Below are positions 56,360 to 63,945 of a stretch of DNA of 64,000 bases, piece after piece. The translations under genes were made by a program, and so were the position numbers. The notes beneath the pieces were generated by a model. The model did not search any database. It saw only the letters and a list, made by a program, of their open reading frames with translations, and was not told the origin of the DNA. How positions within the stretch are numbered: the first letter of the stretch is position 1; every line of letters starts with the position of its first letter. This DNA comes from an uncultured Erysipelotrichaceae bacterium. Lineage in GTDB: Bacteria > Bacillota_I > Bacilli_A > RFN20 > CAG-826. Where the stretch lies: the NCBI GenBank assembly GCA_902768335.1, contig CACXKR010000012.1, forward strand, positions 4,870 to 68,869. The letters are read 5' to 3'.

Positions 56360-57373
56360 ATGAATGATAAAGAAAAACAAACCACTATTAATATTCTTGA
56401 GATGGTTAATAAACATCGAAATACCATTTATCTCAAAATTAATGAAGAACTGGTGTCGTTATATTACGAGATTGGCGAACTGCTTTCAAATATGATTAAT
56501 AAAGAAAAATGGGGGCACAAAAACATAGAAACCATTTCAAAACAAATCAAACAACATATACCTACAATTAAAGGATTTGAAAGGCCAAATCTTTATAGGA
56601 TGGTCCAGTTTTATGAAACATATAGAGACAATGTAATTGTCTCACCACTGGTGAGAAAAATTAGCTGGACCAATAATCTAATAATTCTTCATCACAAATC
56701 ATCAATTGAAGAAAAAGAGTTTTACATTAGACTTTGCATTAAAAATAATTATTCAAAAAGAGAGTTAGAAAGGCAAATTGCTTCTCATTATTATGAGCGA
56801 TACTTATTGTCTGATGGAAACGAACTTCCTAGTGAGAAAACGCTAATTGACGAAAACGATTATCCAAACACTAGAATTCTTGAAATAAATGATCTGTCTT
56901 TTTTAGATCTTCCATCTTGTTATGGCGAGAAAGACGTTAGAGACGGTTTGGTCAATAATATAAGAGATTTTATTTTAGAAATAGGCAAAGACTTTTCGTT
57001 TATTGGCAAGGAATATCGCATTACAGTTGGCAACACCGATTATTATATTGATCTTCTCTTCTTTAATCGTTACACAAATAGTCTAGTGGCATTCGAATTA
57101 AAGATTGATAAATTTAGGCCAGAATATCTTTCAAAGATGAATTTTTATTTAGAAGCTCTAGATAGGCAAGAAAGAAGAGGCAGAGAGAATCCCTCGATTG
57201 GGATAATTCTCTGCTCCGAGAAAGATCAAGCGGTTGTAGAATACGCAATGAGTAAAAATCCTTACCCAGTTTATATTTCAGAATATATCACCAAAACGCT
57301 TGATAAAAAGATGTTGGAAAACAAAATAATGCAAATAAGAAACCTTTTTGATAATGCCGACCACAAACTTTAA
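56360..57373 (+). CDS. DUF1016 (YhcG-type) PD-(D/E)XK nuclease family protein
   Basis: N-terminal helical domain (LYYEIGELL..WG, SWTNNLIIL, EKEFYIRLCIKNNYSKRELERQI). C-terminal nuclease core with DLLFFNRYTNSLVAFELK. SD ggagg. Confidence 0.75.
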   Translation: MNDKEKQTTINILEMVNKHRNTIYLKINEELVSLYYEIGELLSNMINKEKWGHKNIETISKQIKQHIPTIKGFERPNLYRMVQFYETYRDNVIVSPLVRKISWTNNLIILHHKSSIEEKEFYIRLCIKNNYSKRELERQIASHYYERYLLSDGNELPSEKTLIDENDYPNTRILEINDLSFLDLPSCYGEKDVRDGLVNNIRDFILEIGKDFSFIGKEYRITVGNTDYYIDLLFFNRYTNSLVAFELKIDKFRPEYLSKMNFYLEALDRQERRGRENPSIGIILCSEKDQAVVEYAMSKNPYPVYISEYITKTLDKKMLENKIMQIRNLFDNADHKL

Positions 57374-57409
57374 AATAGTCTTTTTAGAATTGTTTATAAA
57401 ATATAACGT

Positions 57410-57423
57410 GTATGATATCATAC
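57410..57423 (+). promoter_or_regulatory. Perfect 14-bp palindrome (putative operator) upstream of the second RHH-MNT gene
   Basis: GTATGATATCATAC is its own reverse complement. It shares the core TATG-N-TATCATA with the dyad at 48934-48951 and overlaps the -10-like TATCAT (57416-57421). Confidence 0.55.
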
Positions 57424-57439
57424 TCTTGAGGCAATAGTT

Positions 57440-57895
57440 ATGAATGCTAAACGTGCTAAATATATAAATAACTTCAACAAAGATAATTACAAGATGTATC
57501 AATTTCGAATCAAAAGGAGCGATACTAAATTAATCAATAAATTAGATAGTGTCTCAAATAGGAATAACTATTTGACCAATCTAATTTTGGAAGATATTGA
57601 GCCAAACGTTTTAACAATCAAAGAGATTAAAGAAAAAATAAGACCAGTTATAGAGAAGCATGGTATCAAAGATGTTTACTTATTCGGCAGTTACGCTCGT
57701 GGTGAAGCAAATAGAAATAGTGATGTTGACATTTATTGTGATGGTGGTGATGTTAAAACACTTTGGGAACACTCCTCGCTAGAAGATGAACTTGAAGAAG
57801 CTCTAGGAAAAGAAGTTGATGTAGTGACAATCGGATCTCAAATGCATGACTTTTTTAGACAGCAATTAGAAAAAGACATGATTAAAATATGTTAA
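57440..57895 (+). CDS. RHH-MNT nucleotidyltransferase antitoxin, second paralog
   Basis: Colinear with the 48972-49427 product (YKMYQFRIKRSDTKLINKL, LFGSYARGEANRNSDVDIY). Confidence 0.8.
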   Translation: MNAKRAKYINNFNKDNYKMYQFRIKRSDTKLINKLDSVSNRNNYLTNLILEDIEPNVLTIKEIKEKIRPVIEKHGIKDVYLFGSYARGEANRNSDVDIYCDGGDVKTLWEHSSLEDELEEALGKEVDVVTIGSQMHDFFRQQLEKDMIKIC

Positions 57896-57966
57896 GTACA
57901 AAAGAAAAAGGAATAATGTCATACATTATCAAGCATTGTAATAGAGTTGTTAATATATCACTATAA
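57889..57966 (+). pseudogene. Truncated hepT remnant (25 codons)
   Basis: Same ATGTTAA overlap with the MNT stop as the intact pair. MLSTKEKGIMSYIIKHCNRV aligns with HepT MLTIKEQGLLRNIIKHCEKI. A stop at 57964-57966 falls well before the Rx4HxY motif. Confidence 0.7.
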
Positions 57967-57993
57967 TGATAGAATTATATCAGAGGAAATAAT

Positions 57994-58260
57994 ATGACTA
58001 TCTTACCATCGACAAGTTTAAGAAACCAATATAACGAAATATCAGAAAAATGTAAGAAAAGTGGAGAACCAATTTACCTTACTAAAAATGGTGAAGGTGA
58101 TTTGGTGGTAATGTCTGTAGAAGCCTATGAAAAACAACTAGCTCTTTTAAAATTAAAAGAAAGACTTCTTGATATTGAATTAGAGCAACGAAGTGGAGCG
58201 AAAAGTTATAGTCTTGATGAACTAGATTCCGCTTTAAGAAAAATTGTAAATAATGGATAA
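57994..58260 (+). CDS. Phd/YefM family antitoxin
   Basis: 88 aa. The N-terminal pattern LRNQYNEISEKCKKSGEPIYLTKNGEGDLVVMSVEAYE is typical of Phd/YefM. Confidence 0.8.
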   Translation: MTILPSTSLRNQYNEISEKCKKSGEPIYLTKNGEGDLVVMSVEAYEKQLALLKLKERLLDIELEQRSGAKSYSLDELDSALRKIVNNG

Positions 58261-58564
58261 ATACAAAATCGTTATAACCCAAAGAGCATTTTCGGACCTT
58301 TTAGAGTGCGTGCTTTTTGTTAATGCAGTTTCTAATGAGGCCGCTAAAAAGCTTCATTTAGAAATAATGGAATCGATCCGTTCTTTAGAAACATTCCCAG
58401 AAGCACATCCATTTATCGATGGGCTAACTATCGCTAATATCAAGATTAGGAGAATGTTAGTGCATAATGGTAGATACTTCATTCTTTATAAGATCGAAAA
58501 AGATATCGTAACAATCTATGATATTTTAGATTCAAGAAAGGATAATTCTATTCTTAAACTTTAG
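58253..58564 (+). CDS. RelE/ParE family toxin
   Basis: 103 aa, 8-nt overlap with the antitoxin gene. The YFILYKIEKDIVTIYDILDSR C-terminus is typical of the RelE/ParE fold. Confidence 0.75.
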   Translation: MDKYKIVITQRAFSDLLECVLFVNAVSNEAAKKLHLEIMESIRSLETFPEAHPFIDGLTIANIKIRRMLVHNGRYFILYKIEKDIVTIYDILDSRKDNSILKL

Positions 58565-58579
58565 TTTAAATGCAAAAAA

Positions 58580-58606
58580 TCCAATGTCGTAAGATGTTGG
58601 ATTTTT
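58580..58606 (+). terminator. Repeated terminator module, copy 3 (after relE/parE)
   Basis: TCCAATGTCGTAAGATGTTGGA followed by TTTTT. Confidence 0.75.
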
Positions 58607-58670
58607 ATTTGCCTATTTTTAGTTGAAACCTGGAACGAGTTATAATGTAAATAACAAAGGAGTCTTATTT

Positions 58671-59366
58671 ATGACATTAACACAACTTTTGCCATTCTCT
58701 TTCCAGTGGTGGGGCGACGGTTCTGAAAGTGCCAAACAAGCAGTCGACGATATCATCGTTAGAAGCACTGCTAATTTCAATTGGACTTTCATCTTTATTC
58801 TTGCGGTTGTCTTCTATGTTTATTGGTCAGAGATTCATAAGAAAAACTATGAAGCCGTTTTCGCAGGACTTGCGTTATACGCGGTTCACTGGCTATACGA
58901 AATCGCTAACGCTATCATCGGTAAAGCAAGCGGCTATCCGCTATGGGCGGTCTCAAATGCATCAAGTACATTCATTCTTCTTGAAGGTGTATCTTGGGAA
59001 TTATCGATGATGTTTGCTCTTGCTGGTATCATCTCTTATAAGATGATGGGAGACAAGAATAAGCGTTATTTCACCTTTGGTGGTAAATATAAAGGTGTCT
59101 CCACTAGAGTAGTCACAACTATCTCTATGGCGTTACTCTTTGCGTTATTTGAAGCTTTCTTAGCAGGAACATCCAACGGCTCATTCATCTGGGTTTATCC
59201 ATGGTGGGGCGTTCTTCCTGTCTTTATTACCACTTATATTCCATTCTTTATCGCTAGTAATTACATCAACATGGCAAAGCCAAAACTAAGAACTATTCTC
59301 CTTGCATCATCTTGGGGCTTAGTCGCCATTCTCTTGGTCGTGCTCATTCCTTGTGGAATCATTTAA
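58671..59366 (+). CDS. Polytopic membrane protein, unknown function
   Basis: SD aaggag before ATG 58671. Six or seven TM segments. Confidence 0.6.
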   Translation: MTLTQLLPFSFQWWGDGSESAKQAVDDIIVRSTANFNWTFIFILAVVFYVYWSEIHKKNYEAVFAGLALYAVHWLYEIANAIIGKASGYPLWAVSNASSTFILLEGVSWELSMMFALAGIISYKMMGDKNKRYFTFGGKYKGVSTRVVTTISMALLFALFEAFLAGTSNGSFIWVYPWWGVLPVFITTYIPFFIASNYINMAKPKLRTILLASSWGLVAILLVVLIPCGII

Positions 59367-59382
59367 ATAAAATTTTCTATAA

Positions 59383-59417
59383 GAAAAGGGATTCGTCTAT
59401 TGAACTGAATCCCTTTT
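59383..59417. terminator. Bidirectional terminator between convergent membrane protein genes
   Basis: aaaaGGGATTC ... GAATCCCttttt. Confidence 0.75.
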
Positions 59418-59428
59418 TGTTTTGTTAA

Positions 59429-60316
59429 CTATTCTTTTTCTTCCTTCTTCTTATTTACAAGTAGAATAGCGATTCCTACACCAGTATACGCTAAGAAGTG
59501 AATGATGATCTCAACTGGAAGTGAAGCCATCCTATCGATTGGATAGATTTGAGAGATCGAAGAAATATAAGAAGTATCGTTTAAGCCACTAATGACCGTA
59601 TAGACAAAGAAGCCGACATTTAAAGCTAAAGCGATGAGAGCCATCACGAAGGTTTTCTTTTTATTAAGAATACCTAAGTTCATTAATACAAGTATTACAC
59701 CTAAGAATACCGGTAGTAATAGATATAAGAAGGTTGGGAATGTTTGATAGAGATTTCTAACGTAAACATAACCTGGTAAGGCTAAGAATAAACCTAATCT
59801 ACTTAAAGCCATTCCAATAAAGAGAGTCCAACCAATTGTTTTAAGAACATAGACGAAGTTAACTTTAATTCTTTCTTTGTCCTCTTCCATTTTCTTCACA
59901 AGGAAGAATCTTGCATAGCAAGATGCACATAAAACAAGGATATTAAGAATCATAAAGAGGATTAAATATCCTGGGAATGGGTTAGGACCGACAAAGGTTT
60001 TGTAAGTAATAACTCCACCTAAGATAGATCCGACCACACCAAGAAGCGCAAATGCCATTGCGATAACTAAATATGTGCTAGCGATTCTCTTCTTACATTC
60101 TGGATGTCTATAGGTTCTAATAAAATAGAAGATTCCTAAGATAAACATCACGGCGATGCTAACGGCAGGAAGAGATACAAAGATGGTCATATTGGAGAAT
60201 GAGACGCCTTTGTTAAATAAGTCATCCATGAGCATATTGGATGCAAGTAAGGTAAACATCGCTCCAGCAAGGCTAAGAACGATTAACGAAATGAGGGTAA
60301 TATATTTTTTATTCAT
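59429..60316 (-). CDS. Polytopic membrane protein, unknown function (last gene of the GT2 operon)
   Basis: About 8 TM segments. Its start lies 1 nt after the upstream gene's stop. Confidence 0.6.
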   Translation of the reverse strand: MNKKYITLISLIVLSLAGAMFTLLASNMLMDDLFNKGVSFSNMTIFVSLPAVSIAVMFILGIFYFIRTYRHPECKKRIASTYLVIAMAFALLGVVGSILGGVITYKTFVGPNPFPGYLILFMILNILVLCASCYARFFLVKKMEEDKERIKVNFVYVLKTIGWTLFIGMALSRLGLFLALPGYVYVRNLYQTFPTFLYLLLPVFLGVILVLMNLGILNKKKTFVMALIALALNVGFFVYTVISGLNDTSYISSISQIYPIDRMASLPVEIIIHFLAYTGVGIAILLVNKKKEEKE

Positions 60317-60317
60317 C

Positions 60318-61334
60318 TTACATTACCTCCTTGTATTCGTGATAATAGTCTTCATAAGAAAGTGAATGGTCTTCATTAAGAGTAATAACTCTTCCGCCTA
60401 ATAAGCTATCATCCGCGTAGACTCTATCGGTGGCTTTGATACCATAACCGAAGTGAATACCTTCATAGTTAATAATATAATTATTAATGTGGTCATGACC
60501 AAAGTACATGCCATGTGTTGAACCGAGTTCTTTGATCACTTTATAGAATCCGGAATTGTAATCTGGATTACATGGTTCTTCATTTTCTTGCGCCTTGGAG
60601 CCAGTTGGGTTAAGAATCAAAGATTCATCCTTTTTTGCGGCCGCCCAAGCATCCCTAACTTCTGGAAGCGGGATGTGATAGAACATAAGAGATGGCACTG
60701 TAACGTCGCCGTTTTCTTTCTTAGTTTCTTTCACTAAAGCAGAATACCAATCGATTTGATCTTGGTGAAAATAGTCGTAGCCGAAGTAACCATTATAGTT
60801 GTAGCGATTGCTATCCATAACGATTAATTGTTCAAAGACTTTGTCGTCTTTCATCAGATTGATCGCGAAGTTAGCGTTACCTTGAACTTTGTCATCTTGA
60901 AGGTCTTTGAAGACGCAGTAGGAACTGCCGTCTTTAATTCTCTTCTCATTTAATTTGTTCAAGTAACCGGTTATCCAATCGATTGAATACCAACATTGCT
61001 CGTCGTGGTTACCAAAGGTAATTGTCCATGGAACTTTGTGAGAATCTAGCCAATTAAAATAATTGATTGCTGTTCCTTTAGATGCAAAGGTGAAGACGTC
61101 ACCAGTGACAATGATGAAATTTGGATGAGCTTCTTTAATCGTCAAATCCATGAAATCGTAATGCAATTTGGTGTTATCTTTATCACCGATATGCGTGTCA
61201 GTGAGCTGTAAGATACGATATTGTTTTGAATAATCTAATTGCAATACGTAGTCTTTCGGTTCATAAGCTTTGTTACCACAAGAAGTGAGTAATACCGCTA
61301 ATAAACCAGAAAAAAATACAAATTTATTTTTCAT
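60318..61334 (-). CDS. Calcineurin-like metallophosphoesterase lipoprotein
   Basis: Lipobox LLTSCG. Metallophosphoesterase motifs LTDTHIGD, VTGDVF, GNHDE, GHDH. Confidence 0.8.
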   Translation of the reverse strand: MKNKFVFFSGLLAVLLTSCGNKAYEPKDYVLQLDYSKQYRILQLTDTHIGDKDNTKLHYDFMDLTIKEAHPNFIIVTGDVFTFASKGTAINYFNWLDSHKVPWTITFGNHDEQCWYSIDWITGYLNKLNEKRIKDGSSYCVFKDLQDDKVQGNANFAINLMKDDKVFEQLIVMDSNRYNYNGYFGYDYFHQDQIDWYSALVKETKKENGDVTVPSLMFYHIPLPEVRDAWAAAKKDESLILNPTGSKAQENEEPCNPDYNSGFYKVIKELGSTHGMYFGHDHINNYIINYEGIHFGYGIKATDRVYADDSLLGGRVITLNEDHSLSYEDYYHEYKEVM

Positions 61335-61398
61335 ATCTATTTGTGTTTTCCTTTCTTTATTATTTTAAATTTAAAAACGCATTTAGTGAAATTTTCTC

Positions 61399-62703
61399 TT
61401 ATTTATTCACGCCATGGGGAATTTTTCGCCATTTAACATCACGAACTAACATCGCTGATAAATCAAGTGGGATTTGTGTAACGACAAATAATGGGAAAAA
61501 TACGAAACCTAAAATAAGAGGCAATTTTGGTTGATTTTTAAATTTGTCTCTCGAGCCAATGAGCACCATAAGGGCCATAAGATAAATGCTAAGAAAAGTA
61601 AATACTATTGTTCTAGCCATTAAAAATAAAGCGCCGACATTTAAATTTAAAAATAAATTTTCAAACCAATTTAAATCATAATTCCAAGATAAGAATGTTT
61701 CTTGTAACGAAATCCCAAATAGTGGTGATAAGCAAAGTAAAGCGTATTGAAGAACAAAGGAAAAGAACATCGTAAGAGGAAGGAAGGAGTGGAAGACTAG
61801 ATTGACAAATAATGACATCTTGTTTTTCTTTTCTTTGCTAAACAAAGCTTTTAGTAATTTAGGGAAAAATGTTTTACAACCAAGATATTGACCTTTCGCC
61901 CATCTAAGACGTTGAAACCACATTGTCTTCACATCGTGTGGTTGCTCATCATAAAAGATTGCTTCATCGCAATAGTGAATCGTATTACCTGCTAAAATCG
62001 TATTGCCGCTATATTCAATATCCTCGGTAATTCCTAAATAATTCCAGCCATTTTCGACCATTCTTGTCGGTAAAAGAAAACCGCATCCAGTAATACGGCT
62101 AGAGACGTTAAAGTTTTCTCGACCAGCATAACCTAAGGTGCAAGATGTCGCAAAATAATAACAATACATCGCAGGCATAGCACCATCTTTAACATTTAAG
62201 GTATGACGGAAACTAGTGATCGTTTCCTTTTTGCCTAGATAAACAAAAGCATCGTTTAATTTGTCAAAGAATTTTTTATCGACAATGTTGTCAGCGTTTA
62301 AGACAACAAAGCCATCATATTTTTTAATATCTATATGTTTAAAAGCATAGTGATATGCACTTCCAAGAGTTCTAGCATTTGGATTATTGTATTCGATAAC
62401 ATGAGCGCCTAAGGACCTCGCGACTTCAGCAGTCTTATCCGAACAATTGTGCGCAATGATAATAATATCTAATTTGTCTTGAGGATAATCTGCAGATCTA
62501 ATTGAACCAATCAAACGTGGGATAACATTTTCTTCGTCTTTTGCAGAGATTAAAACACCATAACGACATTTTTCATCGCTATGAGGGAATCTTTTTTTGT
62601 GTATAACCCCCACGATTGCAAAGAAAGCAAATTGGAAGGTATATAGACTTAGTAAGGTACCAAAGATGAGGAAGATGAGATTTACAATAGCTACGTAATT
62701 CAT
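61399..62703 (-). CDS. Membrane-integrated family 2 glycosyltransferase (processive, IcaA/cellulose-synthase-like)
   Basis: N-terminal TM segment and a GT-A fold with a DxD-like NADN motif. Q(R)LRWAKG motif as in processive GT2 enzymes. C-terminal TM bundle. Start is either ATG 62703 or ATG 62763. Confidence 0.8.
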   Translation of the reverse strand: MNYVAIVNLIFLIFGTLLSLYTFQFAFFAIVGVIHKKRFPHSDEKCRYGVLISAKDEENVIPRLIGSIRSADYPQDKLDIIIIAHNCSDKTAEVARSLGAHVIEYNNPNARTLGSAYHYAFKHIDIKKYDGFVVLNADNIVDKKFFDKLNDAFVYLGKKETITSFRHTLNVKDGAMPAMYCYYFATSCTLGYAGRENFNVSSRITGCGFLLPTRMVENGWNYLGITEDIEYSGNTILAGNTIHYCDEAIFYDEQPHDVKTMWFQRLRWAKGQYLGCKTFFPKLLKALFSKEKKNKMSLFVNLVFHSFLPLTMFFSFVLQYALLCLSPLFGISLQETFLSWNYDLNWFENLFLNLNVGALFLMARTIVFTFLSIYLMALMVLIGSRDKFKNQPKLPLILGFVFFPLFVVTQIPLDLSAMLVRDVKWRKIPHGVNK

Positions 62704-62756
62704 TTTCGTATGTAATATTCTATAACAATTTTTTAATTGTGTTAAAATTACTTGGT

Positions 62757-63686
62757 ATGTCAAAGCAAAACACCAAAATCACTAACGCTAGAACAATCAA
62801 TAAGATGCGTTGCATAGTCGGTTTAGTTCTCTGCTCAATTGTCATCGTTTTAACTGTCGTTTCAATAACGTTTAATTTTATTAATTTTTATAATGAAGAT
62901 TCTCCCGAAGCAGGCGTACGCACCCTAAGAATGTATACAACTATATCAAACATCATCGCCACCCTTGGAGCGTCGATTTGCATCCCGTTTCAAATTGATG
63001 GTTTAAGAAAGAATAGGTATATACTTCCTAAGTGGATTGTCGAAGTCTTGTATGTCGGTGCGGTCGGAGTATTCTTAACTTTTGTTACAGCCCTTAGCTT
63101 TATTTCAATCAATTCAGGTTTTGTATATGCAATGTTTACTAATTCAAACATCTTCATGCATACGCTAAATCCAATTTTCATCACCATCTTATTCACGGTC
63201 GCTATTTCGGATAGCCACTTAAAATTCAAAGACTCTTTTATTACCATCGTTCCAACGATTGTCTATGCGATGCTATATTTTGTTTTAGTGTTTATCACTA
63301 ATACATGGAGAGATCATTATTCTTTAGAAAATGTTTTACCTTGGCCAGTTGAATTTATTTTAATCATCGCTTTTGCTTTTGGTTTATCTCAACTTCTCCG
63401 TCTTTTGCATAATCTCACCAATAAGTTTGTTAACAAAAATATTGAAAGATATTACAAAGAATCGCCGGATTATGAATTCGAAAAAATTACTTTCGCCATC
63501 CAAAAATTAGCGTTAGAAGAAGCGAAATATTATCATGTAGATGATGAAATCTATATTCCAGTGGATATCATTCAACTTTTATCGCAAAGATATAAAACCG
63601 CTACACTCCCACTTGATATCCAATACGATATTTATTTAGAGGCTTATCTAGAAAACATTCATAAGAAAGAAAAAATGCACACGTAG
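62757..63686 (+). CDS. Polytopic membrane protein with soluble C-terminal domain, unknown function
   Basis: Divergent from the GT2 operon. Six TM segments. ATG 62757 lies 9 nt after TAAAAT (62742-62747). The stop codon lies inside the tRNA-Gly gene. Confidence 0.6.
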   Translation: MSKQNTKITNARTINKMRCIVGLVLCSIVIVLTVVSITFNFINFYNEDSPEAGVRTLRMYTTISNIIATLGASICIPFQIDGLRKNRYILPKWIVEVLYVGAVGVFLTFVTALSFISINSGFVYAMFTNSNIFMHTLNPIFITILFTVAISDSHLKFKDSFITIVPTIVYAMLYFVLVFITNTWRDHYSLENVLPWPVEFILIIAFAFGLSQLLRLLHNLTNKFVNKNIERYYKESPDYEFEKITFAIQKLALEEAKYYHVDDEIYIPVDIIQLLSQRYKTATLPLDIQYDIYLEAYLENIHKKEKMHT

Positions 63687-63750
63687 TTCAGTGGTAGAAC
63701 ACTAGCTTCCCAAGCTGGCTATGCGGGTTCGATTCCCGTCGTGTGCTCCA
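63677..63750 (+). tRNA. tRNA-Gly (anticodon CCC), CCA encoded
   Basis: Acceptor GCACACG/CGTGTGC, anticodon arm CTAGC-TTCCCAA-GCTGG, T arm GCGGG-TTCGATT-CCCGT. Confidence 0.9.
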
Positions 63751-63761
63751 TAAGTTTAATT

Positions 63762-63783
63762 CCCTATTGAAAAATAGGGTTTT
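63762..63783 (+). terminator. tRNA-Gly terminator
   Basis: CCCTATTgaaaAATAGGG followed by TTTT. Confidence 0.75.
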
Positions 63784-63799
63784 ATTTTGTATTATAAAG

Positions 63800-63828
63800 T
63801 TGTCAAAAGGGTAACCTCTTGATAGATA
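63800..63828 (+). promoter_or_regulatory. Promoter reading into the 44-nt tandem repeats
   Basis: TTGTCA (63800-63805), 17-nt spacer, extended -10 TGaTAGATA (63820-63828). Confidence 0.5.
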
Positions 63829-63911
63829 TGGTCTGAGGGTAAGACCTTAAAAAGAAATCCCAAACGAAGATATGGTCTGAGGGTAAGACCTTAAAAAGAA
63901 ATCCCAAATGA
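63824..63911 (+). ncRNA. 2 x 44-nt perfect-phase tandem repeat; candidate type III antitoxin RNA (ToxI/CptI-like)
   Basis: Units 63824-63867 and 63868-63911 differ at one base (C63865 versus T63909). Each contains the hairpin GGTCtgagggtaaGACC and an A-rich tail. Confidence 0.45.
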
Positions 63912-63915
63912 AATT

Positions 63916-63936
63916 GCTTGGATTTTCCAAGCTTTT
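63916..63936 (+). terminator. Rho-independent terminator between the repeat array and the downstream ORF
   Basis: GCTTGGattttCCAAGC followed by TTTT. Confidence 0.75.
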
Positions 63937-63945
63937 ATTATCTCT

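Noticed and set aside
63824-63911. Could the 44-nt direct repeats be a mini CRISPR array?
   Set aside because: The two units are contiguous with no spacer, there are no cas genes in the window, and a terminator plus ORF follow directly. A type III TA layout fits better.
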